Shown: positions 42,448 to 55,970 of the stretch, in pieces
Layout: each line of letters opens with the position of its first letter
Position numbering within the stretch: the stretch's first letter is position 1
The notes under the pieces: model-generated
What the model was told of the DNA's origin: nothing
Database searches by the model: none
What the model saw: the letters and a program-made list of their open reading frames with translations, nothing else
Program-made: the position numbers and the translations under genes
NCBI RefSeq assembly: GCF_009914755.1
Contig: NC_060929.1
Reading direction: 5' to 3' (one strand)
DNA from: the human T2T-CHM13v2.0 reference genome, Homo sapiens
DNA: 64,000 bases

Positions 42448-44564
42448 TAGTAATAGCCATTCTGACTGGTGTAAGAGGGTGTCTCATGGTGGTTTTGATT
42501 TGCATTTCTCTGATGATTAGTGATGTTGATTGAGCATTTTTTCATATGATCCTTGGCCACTTGTACATTTTCTTTTGTAAAGTGTCTGTTCATGTCCTTT
42601 CCCCACTTCTTGATAGGGTTATTTATTTTTGTTTGTTGTGTTGTTTAAGTTCCTTACACATTCTAGATATTAGACTTTTGTCAGATGCATAGTTTGCAAA
42701 TATTTTCTTCCATTCTGTAGGTTGTCTGATTACTCTATTGACAGTTTCTTTTGCTGTGCAGAAGCTTATCTTAATTATGTCCCACTTGTCAATTTTTGTT
42801 TTTGTAGCAATTGCTTTTGAAGGCTTAGTCATAAATATTTCTGAGGACCAATGTCCAGAATGGTGTTTCCTAGGTTGTCTTCTAGGATTCTTATAATTTG
42901 AGGTCTTACATTTAAGTCTTTAATCCATTTTGAGTTAATTTTTCTATATAGTGAAATGTAAGGGTCCAGTTTTATTCTTTTGCATGTAGGTAGCCAGCTA
43001 TTCCAGCATCATTTATTGAAAAGGGAGTCCTATCCCTATTGCTTACTTTTGTTGACTTTGTTGAAGATCAGATGGTTGTAGGTGTCTAGTATTATTTTTG
43101 GGTTCTCGATTCTGTTCCACTGGTCTTTGTCTGTTTCTGTACCAGTCCCCTGCTGTTTTAGTTACTTCAGCCTTATAGTATAGTTTGAAGTCAAGTAATG
43201 CGACACCTCTAACTTTGTTCTTTTTGCTTAAGATTGCTTAACTATTTGGGATCTTTTTTGGTTCCATATGAATTTTAGAATAGTTTTTTTCTAATTCGGT
43301 GAGAAATGACTTTGGTGGTTTGATAGGAATAGTGCTGAATCTGTAGATTGCTTTGGGCAGTATGGCTATTTTAATGATATTGTTCTTCCAATTCATAAGC
43401 ATGGAATGCTTTTTCATTTGTTTGTGTCATCTATGATTTTTTCTTCAGTGTTTTGTAGTTCTCCTTGTAGAGATCTTTCACCTCCTTGGTTACATGTATT
43501 CCTAGGCATTTTTAAATGGCTATTGTAAACGGGATTGCATTCTTGGTTTGCCTCTTACCTTGAATGTTATTAATGTATAGAAATGCTACTGATTTTTGCA
43601 CATTGATTTTGTATCCTGGAATTTTACCGAAGTCATTTAGCAGTAACAGTAGCCTTTTGGCAGAGTGTTTAGGGTTTTCTGTGTATAGGATCATATCACC
43701 GGTGAAGACAGATAGTTTGACTTCTTTTCCTATTTGGATGTCTTTTATTTCTTTCTCTTGTCTGATTGCTCTGGCAAGGACTTCCAGTACTATGTTGAAT
43801 AGGAGTCGTGAGAGTGGGCATCCTTGTCTTGTTCCAGTTTTCACATGTGGCTATTTTTAAGTTATTTGCTGAAAAGTAACTTCATCTCTTTTGTGTAGGT
43901 ACTGTAGCCAAAGTAAAGATAGTTCATGACTATCTTAAATGCTCTTCAAGTGAATGTTAAAATTTAATGGCTCATCACTAATGACTACCCTTTTTTGTTC
44001 ACAATTTTGCTTAGGCTAAGAACTTGAGAGTTTAGCAGTGGTTAGAAACTTCAAACAGATCTTGCGAGTATTGGGTCTGTAGAGAAGTTCTAAGGCAAAC
44101 ACCAAAAAAATGGACAAATCTTCCTGTTAGTTCTGTTGCATTTACATGATGGGTTGTCAAATAAGAGGGCATGAATATGATAGTTTAGTTTCATATTAAT
44201 CAAATCCTGCTTTACTGCCATCACAAAACCTTCTCAGGTCATGATCCAGCCGGTCTGTTTCTTAAATATGGTTTTATAATGTCTGTGTGAGGTAATTAAT
44301 ATTAATTGTGGCTTCCCTTGGTGTTATATTATCCACTGCTATTTGTCATTTGCTGTAAATTCTCTGGTTGGAATTCGCTGTGTTTCTGAAGTGTGTATTA
44401 ATACACATTCTTGAGTTACAGTCTACCATCTTGAGAGACATAGTGGCCATTTGGCCTCTGGGCAGTAGTCCAGAAACAAAAATGTTCAGTGATCTTATAA
44501 TGTAATTTAAAAATCTGTGGCCATAAACTTTTCTCTGTGGGGATTTGTTGGATTCTTTTTTTTT

Positions 44565-44720
44565 TTTAATCCCTAAGGCTTAGTTTCCTTCTAAAAATTG
44601 GAGGAAATACTGGTACCTACCTCACAGAGTTGTTGTGAAGATTAAATGTCCTAATGTATGTAAGATAATGAGCCTGACGTGTGGCATTTAGTAAGTGCTA
44701 AGTAAATGCCATCCACTAAA
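44565..44720 (+). mobile_element. MIR fragment
   Basis: 'gcttagtttccttctaaaaattggagg...tacctacctcacagagttgttgtgaagattaaatg'. Confidence 0.75.
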
Positions 44721-47142
44721 GCCATTAATACTCTCAGAATTAGGTAATATGCTATAGCAAAACTCACACTCGTTTTAATTTGCCAATGTGAGCATTTGTG
44801 TTCCCCTACCTTAAATTTTTTTTTCCCCCTGAACAATGCCTAGTCCGGGACCTTAGCATCAAGTAATAAGTAGCAAGCTCTGAAAGGTCCATTAATTTTT
44901 AGAGGCCACTAATGCATCATTGAGTAAACTGGCTCACTGAGCTCCCTGAATGATATCCTAGAAGAGTTAACAGTTTTCCAAGAGGGAAAAGTAGTTTAAT
45001 CCCTTCTCACTAGTATTTTCAGACCCATTAAGCTCTAAGTAATGGTAAGGCTTCCATGACAGCTTGAGCAATGTACTATATTTTTTATTCTTTCTCCAAA
45101 GGGCCTATTATGGCTATATCATTGAGTTGTTTGTTCTTTGGTTTCCATTAAAGAGAGTAATTCCAGTAAAGGTTAAAAAAGGGCCTCTCTCTGTCTCATA
45201 TTGCCTTTCTATTATCTGACTCAATATTTACTGATTATGAAAAAGTTAACTAATCAAAAAGTTTAATAAAAGAATTAAATAAAGGCATGAAATAAAATGA
45301 AAAGCATAGCATCTGTCAAATGCTTAAAGGGCATTGTGGTCCTATTTATTTATTTATTTTTCTGTCAGTATATACAGCTAAAAAAAGGACTGATTATCAC
45401 AGTAACTCCTGGATTGTAATTGGGAAGGAGAAGAAAAGAAAGAGAAGAGGACTCTTCTTCAGTTGAAACAAATTTTTAGGGTAACCATTCTGCCATATTG
45501 CTGGAAATGAAATTTATGAAATCAAAAAGGGAAGTTGCTTATGAATTAGTAACTTTTGAAGATTCAGTACCAAATATGAGCTGTAGTACATTTGCCTGTT
45601 TATTGGAATGAATGATCGCTATTTCTTTCTCACTTCATCTTACTTCACCTGTGAAATAGTAAAAGATTATTTCTATAAATCCACAGCCCCTTAGAAAGGG
45701 GGCTCTGTAGATTGCAGCTATCAAAAGCTTAGCATTTAGCATTTCACCTTGGCTTCATTTGTGTTGGTCACTGTGTTTCACAAAAGTGGACAATTGCCTG
45801 ATAGGCAATTAACTCACACCTAGATTTCTAGGTAAAACTTTACCAATGATAATCATCTCAGAGCTCTTTTGTACAAAAACTTCAAGATTAATATGATTCA
45901 TCTAGATCCATCCTGGTTGAGGGAGGGACTTATTCTGGGGTTTACTAGATTAAAACCCCAGGACTTATGAATTATATTGGAGGAAGCTAGTCTTCAGTGC
46001 TGATTATAATTTTAATTTATAGTAAAACTTGCTAAATGTTGGAGGACCCCACCCCTTGAGGACTGCTGTAAGGAGAGAATATTGTGACACGTCTGCAGAA
46101 GGTTCTGCCCAAGGTCCTACATTGCTCTGGGAAATGCTTACTTTATTTTATTCTGGTCTTTTCCAGTTACACCTGATCTCGGTAAGGTTTCTTTTTCTTT
46201 GCTCTTGGCCAGACTACCATGCTCTATATCATTAACCCTAAACTCTGGGGAACTGATCCCCTGACAGCATCTTTGATATTAGATTAGATCCCTTCCAGGC
46301 TGCATTTAATTGACTAAGTTCCTAGGGGGAATAACTGCTCCTGTTCCCTGTCTCTATTTTACCTGGCCACTCTTCTTTAGTAGCTGGCTTGCAAATTCAT
46401 TGTGTCTCCATGAAGAAGGAAGTGCGACAGATAAAAACAAATGTTTATGAATCCCTTTTTTTTCATTCTAATAACATCACTACAGTCACACTTGTCAATG
46501 AGCTCCTTTGTTCTTTCTGAATCCTCCTCCTCCGAGTAATAAGAAAGTGGCCACTTTCCTCTTATGTCCTTCACATTGCACCTTATGTATTTTTTTGAAA
46601 GCAAAAGACAAGAGAATACCAGTAATTAAAATACCACTTCTTTTTCCTTGGCTTTAATGTCTTCACTTCTGTTTTTAATCTTTTAAATCATTTATTTTTA
46701 AATAAATTTATATTCTGAATATTTTTGTTGATCTTTCTTTTCTTACAAAGATAAAAAACTCACCTTGTTTCTTCCCAAATATAGAGGATATGCTCAGTGT
46801 GAAAACTTCAAACATAGAAATATATAATATGGAGAGTGAAAGATAACCGTAATAATAATCTTTCTCCTCCCCCTGCAAAAAAGTTAATCTTTATTTTTTG
46901 GTGGGTAGTCCTTCTGATTTTTCTGTGTGTATAATGTCAATTTTTGATGGTAACATTGCTCTTCAACAATTAAAAAATAAATTTGGTAGGTAGTTGTTAA
47001 AATTCATTCCTATTCCTTCCCTAAGACATATCCAGAGGCTCTTAGGCAAACATGCGAGTTCACAATCGTAGATTTATAATTGGTTGAAATGTTAAAATCT
47101 GATTTGGTCAAGTCACTGAAATCCCTCCTTCTAAGGTCCTTC

Positions 47143-47959
47143 TGTGTCTGGAATTGGTTCTTTCCAGTGGGTTCTTGGTCGCTCTGACTTCAAGAATGAA
47201 GCTGCGGACCCTTGCGTTGAGTGTTACAGTTCTTAAAGATGGCGTGTCCAGAGTTTGTTCCTTCAGATATTCAGATGTGTCCCGAGTTTATTCCTTCTGG
47301 TGGATTCATGGTCTTGCTGACTTCAGGAGTGAAGCTGTAGACCTCGCGGTGAGTGTTACACCTCTTAAAGGTGGCGCATCCAGAGTTGTTTGTTTCTCCC
47401 AGTGGGTTTGTGATCTCGCTGGTTTCAGGAGTGAAGCTGCAGACCTTTGCAGTGAGTGTTACAGCTCATAAAGGTAGTGTGGACCCAAAGAGTGAACAGC
47501 AGCAAGATTTATTGCAAAGAGCGAAAGAATAAAGCTTCCACAGTGTGGAAGGGGACCTGAGTGGGTTGCCCTGCCGGCTGGGTGACCAGCTTTTATTCCC
47601 TTATTTGGCCCCGCCCACATCCTGCTGATTGGTCCATTTTACAGAGTGCTGATTGGTCCATTTTACAGAGTGCCGATTGGCCCGTTTTTACAGAGTGCTG
47701 ATTCATGCATTTACAAACCTTTAGCTAGACACAGAGCGCTGATTGGCGAGTTTTTACAGAGTGCTGATTGGTGCATTTACAAACCTTTAGCTAGACACTG
47801 AGCGCTGATTGGTGCGTTTTTACAGAGTACTGATTGATGGGTTTACAAACTTTTAGCTAGACACAGAGCGCTGATTGGTGTGTTTACAATCCTCTAGCTA
47901 GACAGAAAAGTTCTCCAAATCCCCACCCGACCCAGAAGCCCAGCTGGCTTCACCTCTTG
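47143..47959 (-). mobile_element. LTR12-family (ERV9) solo LTR
   Basis: Repeats of 'gacttcaggagtgaagctgcagacc...gtgagtgttacagctc'; tandem 'gctgattgg' units; ends 'cccagctggcttcacctct'; 4-bp TSD cttc/cttc. Confidence 0.95.
47585..47880 (-). promoter_or_regulatory. LTR12 U3 promoter: 7 intact CCAAT boxes, GC box, TATA-like AATAAAAG
   Basis: ATTGG x7 on + strand (47628-47878); ccccgccc ~47609-47617; cttttatt 47590-47597. Confidence 0.6.
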
Positions 47960-48524
47960 CTTCGCCCCTTGCTACAGTGGAGCTCTGAGATGTTACATGA
48001 GTTCTCTGATGTCACAAGCTGCTGATCCCAGCTTCTTTGTTTCTTGCCCTTGGCCTTAGTTCTTCTTGATGTGTCTTCCCTTGAAATGATAGCTCAGGGC
48101 TAAGATCACACAGATCTGTTCAGTTTGCACTTTGCTATGTGCTACCTGCACTATATACTACATGTCCTCCTCTTCCAAACGGTAAGAATGCTGATTACTG
48201 TGGTTGCTAATTCCTGAGTTTCCTTTTGTGTCTGAATAATCATAATTAAGTGATTATGAGAGACCCACCTGCAAAGTATTAGTTCCCTTTCTCCTTCAGG
48301 AAGAAATAGGGTTCTGAGGTGTAGGTAAGCCAGGCAATTGAAAGGTGCACCTCCCAACTCCATGCAAACTGTGCCTCACCCAGAGCCAAACTGTTTTATT
48401 TCCCACTGGCCTCATGCTCTGTGCTATGAGAACTTTAATCTTTTAGAGTTTAATTTTTTCTCCTGATATAAGGAAATGAATTAGTCATACTTTAGGCCCA
48501 GGGCTTTTAAATATTTTTAAACAT

Positions 48525-50864
48525 TTTTGTTTACTATTAAATTGACAAAAGTTGCATATATTTATTGTATACAACATGTTTTGAAGTATGTAAACATTGC
48601 AGAATGGCTAATTGCAGCCAAGCTAATTAGCATTTGTGTTACCTCACATACTTATCACTTTTTTTTTGTGGTGGGAACACAAAATCTACTCTTATAGCAA
48701 TTTTCAGATTTAAAGTAAATATATTGCTATTAACTATAGTCAGAATGTTGTATGATAGATCTGTTGAATTTATTTCTTCCATCTTACTAAAATTTTCTTT
48801 CATTTGACTAACATTTCACCTACCTATCCCCTAGCCCCCATCTCAGCCTTTGGTAATCACTTTCTACTCTCCACTTCTATTAGTTTAACTTTTTAAGATT
48901 CCATATGTAAGATCAATCATATGGTATTTGTCTTTCTGTGCCTGGATTATTTCACTTAACATAATGTCCTCTAGGTACATCTATATTGTTGCAAATGACA
49001 GAATTTTCTTCTTTTTAAAGTCTGAGTAGTATTCCATTGTGTGTATACGATACATTTCCTTTATCCATTCATCCACTGACAGCCAAGATATGGTTAATTC
49101 CATATCTTGGAATTAACCGTAGATATGGTTATGCAAATTGAATTAACCAAGATATGGTTAATTCCATATCTTGGCTGTCAGTGGATGAACGGATAAAGGA
49201 AATGTATCAACCACATCTGGGTAAGTGCCTATTGTGAATAATGCTTTAATAAACAGGGGAGTGCAGATATCGCTTCAAAATACTAATTTCATTTCCTTTG
49301 GATATCTACCCAGTAGTGGGATAGCTGGATCATATAGTGTTTCTATTTTTAGTTTTTTGAGGAACCACCATACTGTTTTCCACAATGGCTACACTAATTT
49401 ATATTTCTACTAACAGTATACATCTCGTTCTCCTTTTCTCCACATCCTAACACTTGTTGTCTTTTGTCTTTTTGATAATAGCCATTCTATCAGGTGTTTC
49501 ATCATATTTCATTGTAGTTTTAATTTGCATTTCTTTGGTGATTAGTGATGTTGACATCATTTACATGTCTTTTTTTTGAGAAATATCTATTCAGGCCCTC
49601 TGTTCATTTTTTAGCTGGATTATTTGTTTTCTTATTATGGAGTTGCATGGGTTTTTATGTATTTTCGGTATTAACCCTTTATGAGATACCTTGTTTGCAA
49701 ATATTTTCTCCCATTATTTAGGTTGTCTCCTTACTCTGTTGCTTGTTTCCTTGGCTGTGTAGAGGCATTTTAATTTGATGTAACCCCACTTGTTTATTTT
49801 TTTGTTTGTGCTTTGAGGTTCATATCCAAAAAAGTATTTGTCCAGATCAGTGTCATGGAGCTTTTCTTCTATGTTTTTTTTTTAGTTGTTTTACAGTTTC
49901 AGTTATTACATTTAAGTCTTTAATACACATTGAGTTGATTTTTGTATATGGTGTGAGATAAGTATATATTTCATTTTTCTACATGGGGGTTTTCAGTTGT
50001 TCCAAGATCATTTATTAAAGATACTGTCCTTTCCCAAAGGTCCAGTGTATGTGTCCTTGGCACTTTTGTCAAAAACCAACTGGTCATAAATGTGTGGATT
50101 TGTTTCTGAGCTCTCTGTTCCATTGATCAGTGTATCTTTTTTATGCCAATACCATGCTGTCTTGATCATTATAGACGTGTAGTATATTTTGAACTCAGGT
50201 AGTGTGATACCTATAGTTTTGTTCTTTTTGCTCAAGATTGCTTTGACTATTTGGGTTTTTTATAGTTTCATACAAATTTTAGAATTGTTTTTTCTATTTC
50301 TGTGAAGAATGTCATTGGAATTTTGATAGGGATTGCTTTGAATCTGTAGATCACTTTGGGTAACAGTGACATTTTAACAATATAATTCTTTCAAACCATG
50401 ACCATGAAAAATCTTTCCATTTATCTGTGTTTCCTTTGATTTATTCCACCAGGTTTTAGTGTACAGTTTTCAGTGTACAGGTCTTTCACCTCCTTGGTTA
50501 AATTTGTTCCTAAGCATTTTTTTTTTGACACTGTTGTAAATGAGGTTGTTTTCTTGATTTATTTTTTTGGATTGCTTATTACTAGTGTATAGAAATGCCT
50601 CTGGTTTTTGTATATTAATTTTATATCCTGAAACTTTGTTGACTTATTTTATTTGTTCTTACAGGTGTTTTGATAGAGTATTTGTGGTTTTCTATATAGA
50701 AGATCATGTTGTCTGCAAACAGGGACAATTTAACATCTTTCTTTCCAATTTGGATGTCTTTAATCTCTTTCTTTTGTCTAATTGCTCTGGCTAGGAACTT
50801 CCAGTACTATGTTAAATACAAGTAGTGTGTGTGGGCATCCTTGTCTTGTTCCTAATCTTAGAGG
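48525..50864 (-). mobile_element. L1MA (MA6-8-like), 5'-truncated in the RT domain
   Basis: 3'UTR 'ttattgtatacaacatgttttgaagtatg...aaaatctactcttatagcaatttt'; ORF2 peptide ITLPEFKIYYTSIMIKTAWYWHK. Confidence 0.9.
49049..49208. repeat. Long inverted repeat (45-bp arms, 44/45 match) enclosing duplicated hairpins
   Basis: 49049-49093 versus the reverse complement of 49164-49208; 28-mer ccaagatatggttaattccatatcttgg at 49083-49110 and 49147-49174. Confidence 0.95.
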
Positions 50865-51217
50865 TCCAGTACTTTTAATGGTGACTTGGCAGGTATGCCA
50901 ATGAATTAAAAAAGATTTTTGTGGCAGCCTACTGAACACTGCCAGAGTAATGCTATCACGTATTAACTTTGTTTGCTGATTCTCTAAAGAAGATAAAGTA
51001 GTTGACCCAATTATATCAGCTTCTATTTTTTCTCTTAGGTCTTAGGATAAAATAACCCCTTGAAAAATCTTTCCTACCCTTCTTTCTGGCATGTTATCCT
51101 TAGAGGAGATGCGCCAAGGAGAAGCTGGTTCTGCTCAGGTGGACAGAAGTTGGAACAAAACCCTTTAAACTCTGAGCTCTAGTTTGGAGTCTGGAGATGT
51201 AAAAGTTTTATTAAATC

Positions 51218-51921
51218 TGTAACTGAGTAGCTTAGTGGCTTAGCCTCGAACTACATTTTAAAACTCTTTTTTTTCTTTCCCCTCTTCTCCTCCCCACTGC
51301 CCAGTCTCTAGCTATAACTTTGAGATAAACTGCATGTGTGTTATCTTTCATCTTGAAATGCAGCCTCAGAATGTGCTGTGAAGCTCCACTCCCTTTTTTT
51401 TCCCATTCTGTACTCCCATGCCTTATGCACATTTATTTACCTAGATACTTGTTACGCACACACCATGCTCACTTATCTGGTCATATATTTCCTTAGAAGC
51501 TTCAGGGGTTGGATCCTGATAGGGACCAGCCACTTCTTTCTAACAAAAGATTACTTCAAGGCTGGAACCCACTCCTAGCTAAACAGTGACTACAAGATTG
51601 ACTGCAATTAATTTATAACCTGGTAGGATCCATGATGACATCCTCCCCTTCACCAAATGGAACAATAATTCAGTATAAGCCATTGGAGCAAGTCATGCCA
51701 CCTGGTGCCTATTCCCCCTTGCCTCTTCTGCATTCCAAACCCAAACCCTTTCTTTAAAAACCCCTACACTCCCTCCACAAACTGAAGAGTGGAACTGCTT
51801 TCTACTCTTCCCTTTGCTAGCACCAATAATGAAGAAATCTCGCTCTTTTTAAAATCACAACTCACTAGATTTTAACTTCTTTCTACAAGCAGCCAGCAGC
51901 CAGACCCTTTTGCCAGTTACA
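51218..51921 (+). mobile_element. ERV1 solo LTR (MER67-like)
   Basis: tgtaactgagtagc...gccagttaca termini; TATA-like 'ttaaaaaccc' and polyA-like signal. Confidence 0.65.
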
Positions 51922-52794
51922 CCTCCACTACATCAAGACAAAACTTCAAGACCCTACTCAAGTCCTTTAACTCCTCCCAGGATGGGGAAGATGTTTCTAG
52001 AAAAATCATAACATCAGATCAAAGGCAAGCTACATCCATCCCAAAGCATGACATGCCCAATTATTGAAACTGACAATGGAAGAATATGAAGGTGAAGTAG
52101 ACCTGGAGATTGGTGATATTACTATGTTTTATTTTTTGATGCACCAAATAAATGAGATTTCCTCTCTTTTGTGTCCGGTTTAGAAGCTGCTTAATTTGCT
52201 TAAGCCATATGGGTGAGGTAGGGAAAGTTAATGGAAGTGGGAAATGATTGCATTGAGCCCACTTGACCCATTCTGCAACACCTGCAGCACCTGGTACCTG
52301 TAAGCATTTGGGAAATGATTGCTGTCTTCATGCCGGATGGTCCTGGCACCTTTCAGGGGCTGCTTGTTGCCTTATTTGTTTCTTTTCCTAAACTTCAAAT
52401 GATTCTTGTCATTCCTCTGAAACTAAATTTATCCCTTTGTTGTCATCTCTCCTGTCTTTATCTATGGTGACTTGGTTATTCCTAAAGCCAATGATGTTGA
52501 GTCCCCTGAAGTGGGGATAAGAGGAATGTTCTGTTCACAAGTATTAATAATTTTTAATTAGCCTCCTCAGTGGGTACCCTTTATGTTGCAACTTTTTATT
52601 TTCTTTTCTAATTTTTTAATTATCCCTAACCTTGAAAAAGTCAAGAATGATTCTTCTAGGGGCTCTGTTGGAGAGTACCTCAAATAGCATCATCCAATTT
52701 CATCTTTAAAAATTCCTTCTCCATTTAACCTAATCAGTTTTGAGATTGGATTAAATTAAATACCTCCAGTCCTTTTCTACTTTTGGATGACTGT

Positions 52795-53200
52795 GATTTA
52801 TTCACATATATTTATCTCATGTCTATTATATGCCAAGCATTCTTTTCATATTGAGAAAAAAATTTTTCCAGCCCTAATGAGGTACTTAAAATAGTAGGGG
52901 AAATAGATAGGATGATCAGAGGAGGTGATATTTGACCACAATAAACTTGTATGAAATGAAGGATCACTCCATATGAAAGCCCTAGGTAAAGAGAGTTTCA
53001 GGAAGGAAACAAAGAACAGGAATGAGCGTACTGTATTCACACCACAGCCTAGGAGGCCAGGGAGGCTGGATTGAGTGAGAGGAGGGCATGGTGGCCCAGA
53101 AGAGTCTGGAGTGGTAGCCACAAAGAGACCGTACAGAACTCTGTACAGGACTCTGTAGGCCATGGCCAAAAGTTTGTATCTTAAACCTATTAAGGACCAT
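52795..53200 (-). mobile_element. L2 fragment
   Basis: 'ggaggccagggaggctggattgagtgagagg...tgtaggccatggccaaaagtttg'. Confidence 0.6.
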
Positions 53201-53296
53201 TTCCACTTATTTAAGAATTTTTATTCCCAAGTTGTCAGCAGAATTTGCCTCATTGTCTTTTCTCCCTGGAGATCCGTCAGGGTTTCTCATATGGTG

Positions 53297-53496
53297 CCAT
53301 ATCTCACTGATTCTGAGATAAAATGATAAAAGATGAAATCTTTTTTCATTTTTATGTCTCTAAATTTGGGATATGAGCTGTAGCTGAGAATGCCTTGGCA
53401 TAGGGCCATAGTTTGACCTCATTTGTCTTTCTTAGTGGTAAAGAAAATAATGGGGCATCTTATAACTGATGATGTCTTAGTTTGGGTGAAATACGG
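53297..53496 (+). mobile_element. MER104 (Tc2-type MITE)
   Basis: 'ccatatctcactgattctgagat...ttcttagtggtaaagaaaataatggggcatcttataactgatgatgtcttagtttgggtgaaatacgg|ta'. Confidence 0.75.
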
Positions 53497-53666
53497 TATG
53501 TCCAGGACTCCAGAATGGTTCACAATTAACATCTCTCACATCTCCCTGGCTTCATGGTGACCTGGTAGAACAGAACCACGGTCAGAAGCTGGTAAACATT
53601 AAGGTAATTTCTTACAATGCCTCCCAATCATTTAGACTCAGGTATCAGTCATACTTCTAATTATGA

Positions 53667-54780
<1,114 letters not shown>

Positions 54781-55689
54781 GAACGTAATGTGCTTATGTA
54801 CCGAGCTAACTGGGCCACAAAGGAAATGAACATGCTACCCTGACCTTATTGTTAGTCTTCACTAACCAACTAAGCTAAATAGATAATGAAACATCTGTGG
54901 ATTTGGCACATTTTTCTAGTTTTTGACAACTTTGGTAATGCCTATCTTCTCTCCTGAGGTCTTAAGACCATGCAGAGGGGTCTCTACCTTTTAAGTGAAC
55001 CTTTGGAGTGCCCATGTTAAAATGATTGTTTGCTTTCTTCCTATAGTGCAGCTACAGAGCTCCTTGAGGACAGGAACTGTGTCATTCATTTCTGTATTTT
55101 TAATGCCTACCAGAAATGCCTTGCTCATGGTAGACATTCAATACAAATTGATTAAGTAGATGTCAAGAGTTCATCACCTCAAGGAGCTTATGCTCCAAAG
55201 AAAAGCTTGTTCTTAACGTATTGAAAACTTGCACAGATTCCTTGTTTACTAGGACCAAAGATGTGTTTTCTACAACTCAGACATAAAAGTCAAGTGGCTG
55301 TCTATGATTTTTATAACTGACTTCATCTTGTTCTTGGATTCTCATTTAAGCAGGCAACAGAAAGTATTTAAACTTTAAGTTCAAAGTTAATTCAAACTCT
55401 TCAGGTATAAAAACAATCTTCTTTGGATAAATATTCAATTCAAAATTTGGCAACTTGCCAGGCTTATTTTTCTCTTCTTGGGCAGCTTTCCTTCCTTCTT
55501 CCGTGATGACATCAAGTGGACAGTGACCTTGGTTCAAATGACATACTATTTCCTGGCTGGCTCCAATGAAATGTTAGTTCATCAATTCACTGGGTGTTCT
55601 TGGCAAGTGATACTAAGACATGGCATGTTGCACCCGATCTTTTGGGGGATTGTATATTGGTCCCAAGCTGCCAGGGTGTGAGAAAACCC

Positions 55690-55970
55690 AGGCCCAGCTG
55701 AGAGTCCATGCCTATGTATTCCAGCTGACACTAGCCTCAGCTAAGGTGTCTGGTACAAAGCCAGCATTGACTGCCAGACATCTGAATGAGTGAGCCTTCT
55801 GATGCTTCCAGACTTCAGCTCTCAAGTCTTCCAGCAGAGGTTCCAGACAGCAGGGAGCAGGGACAAGCCATTCCTGCTGTGCCCTGTTCAGATTTCTGAG
55901 CCACAGAATCCATGAACATAACGATTGGTTGTTTTATGCCACTAAATTTTGAAATAATTTGTTATTCAAC
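55690..55970 (+). mobile_element. MLT1G/H-like MaLR LTR fragment
   Basis: 'gggacaagccattcctgctgtgccctgttcagatttctgagccacagaatccatg...ttttatgccactaaattttg'. Confidence 0.7.

Noticed and set aside
43512-43844. 110-aa reverse-transcriptase-like ORF
   Set aside because: It is a fragment of a dead, truncated L1 ORF2, with the catalytic ADD motif changed to TGD.
45679-45810. Short hairpins (agcccc/ggggct; aattgcct-gat-aggcaatt)
   Set aside because: Stems of 8 bp or less, or imperfect ones, are within chance expectation.
47620-47905. Regularly spaced repeats resembling a CRISPR array
   Set aside because: These are LTR12 U3 tandem CCAAT units with no unique spacers, in eukaryotic DNA.
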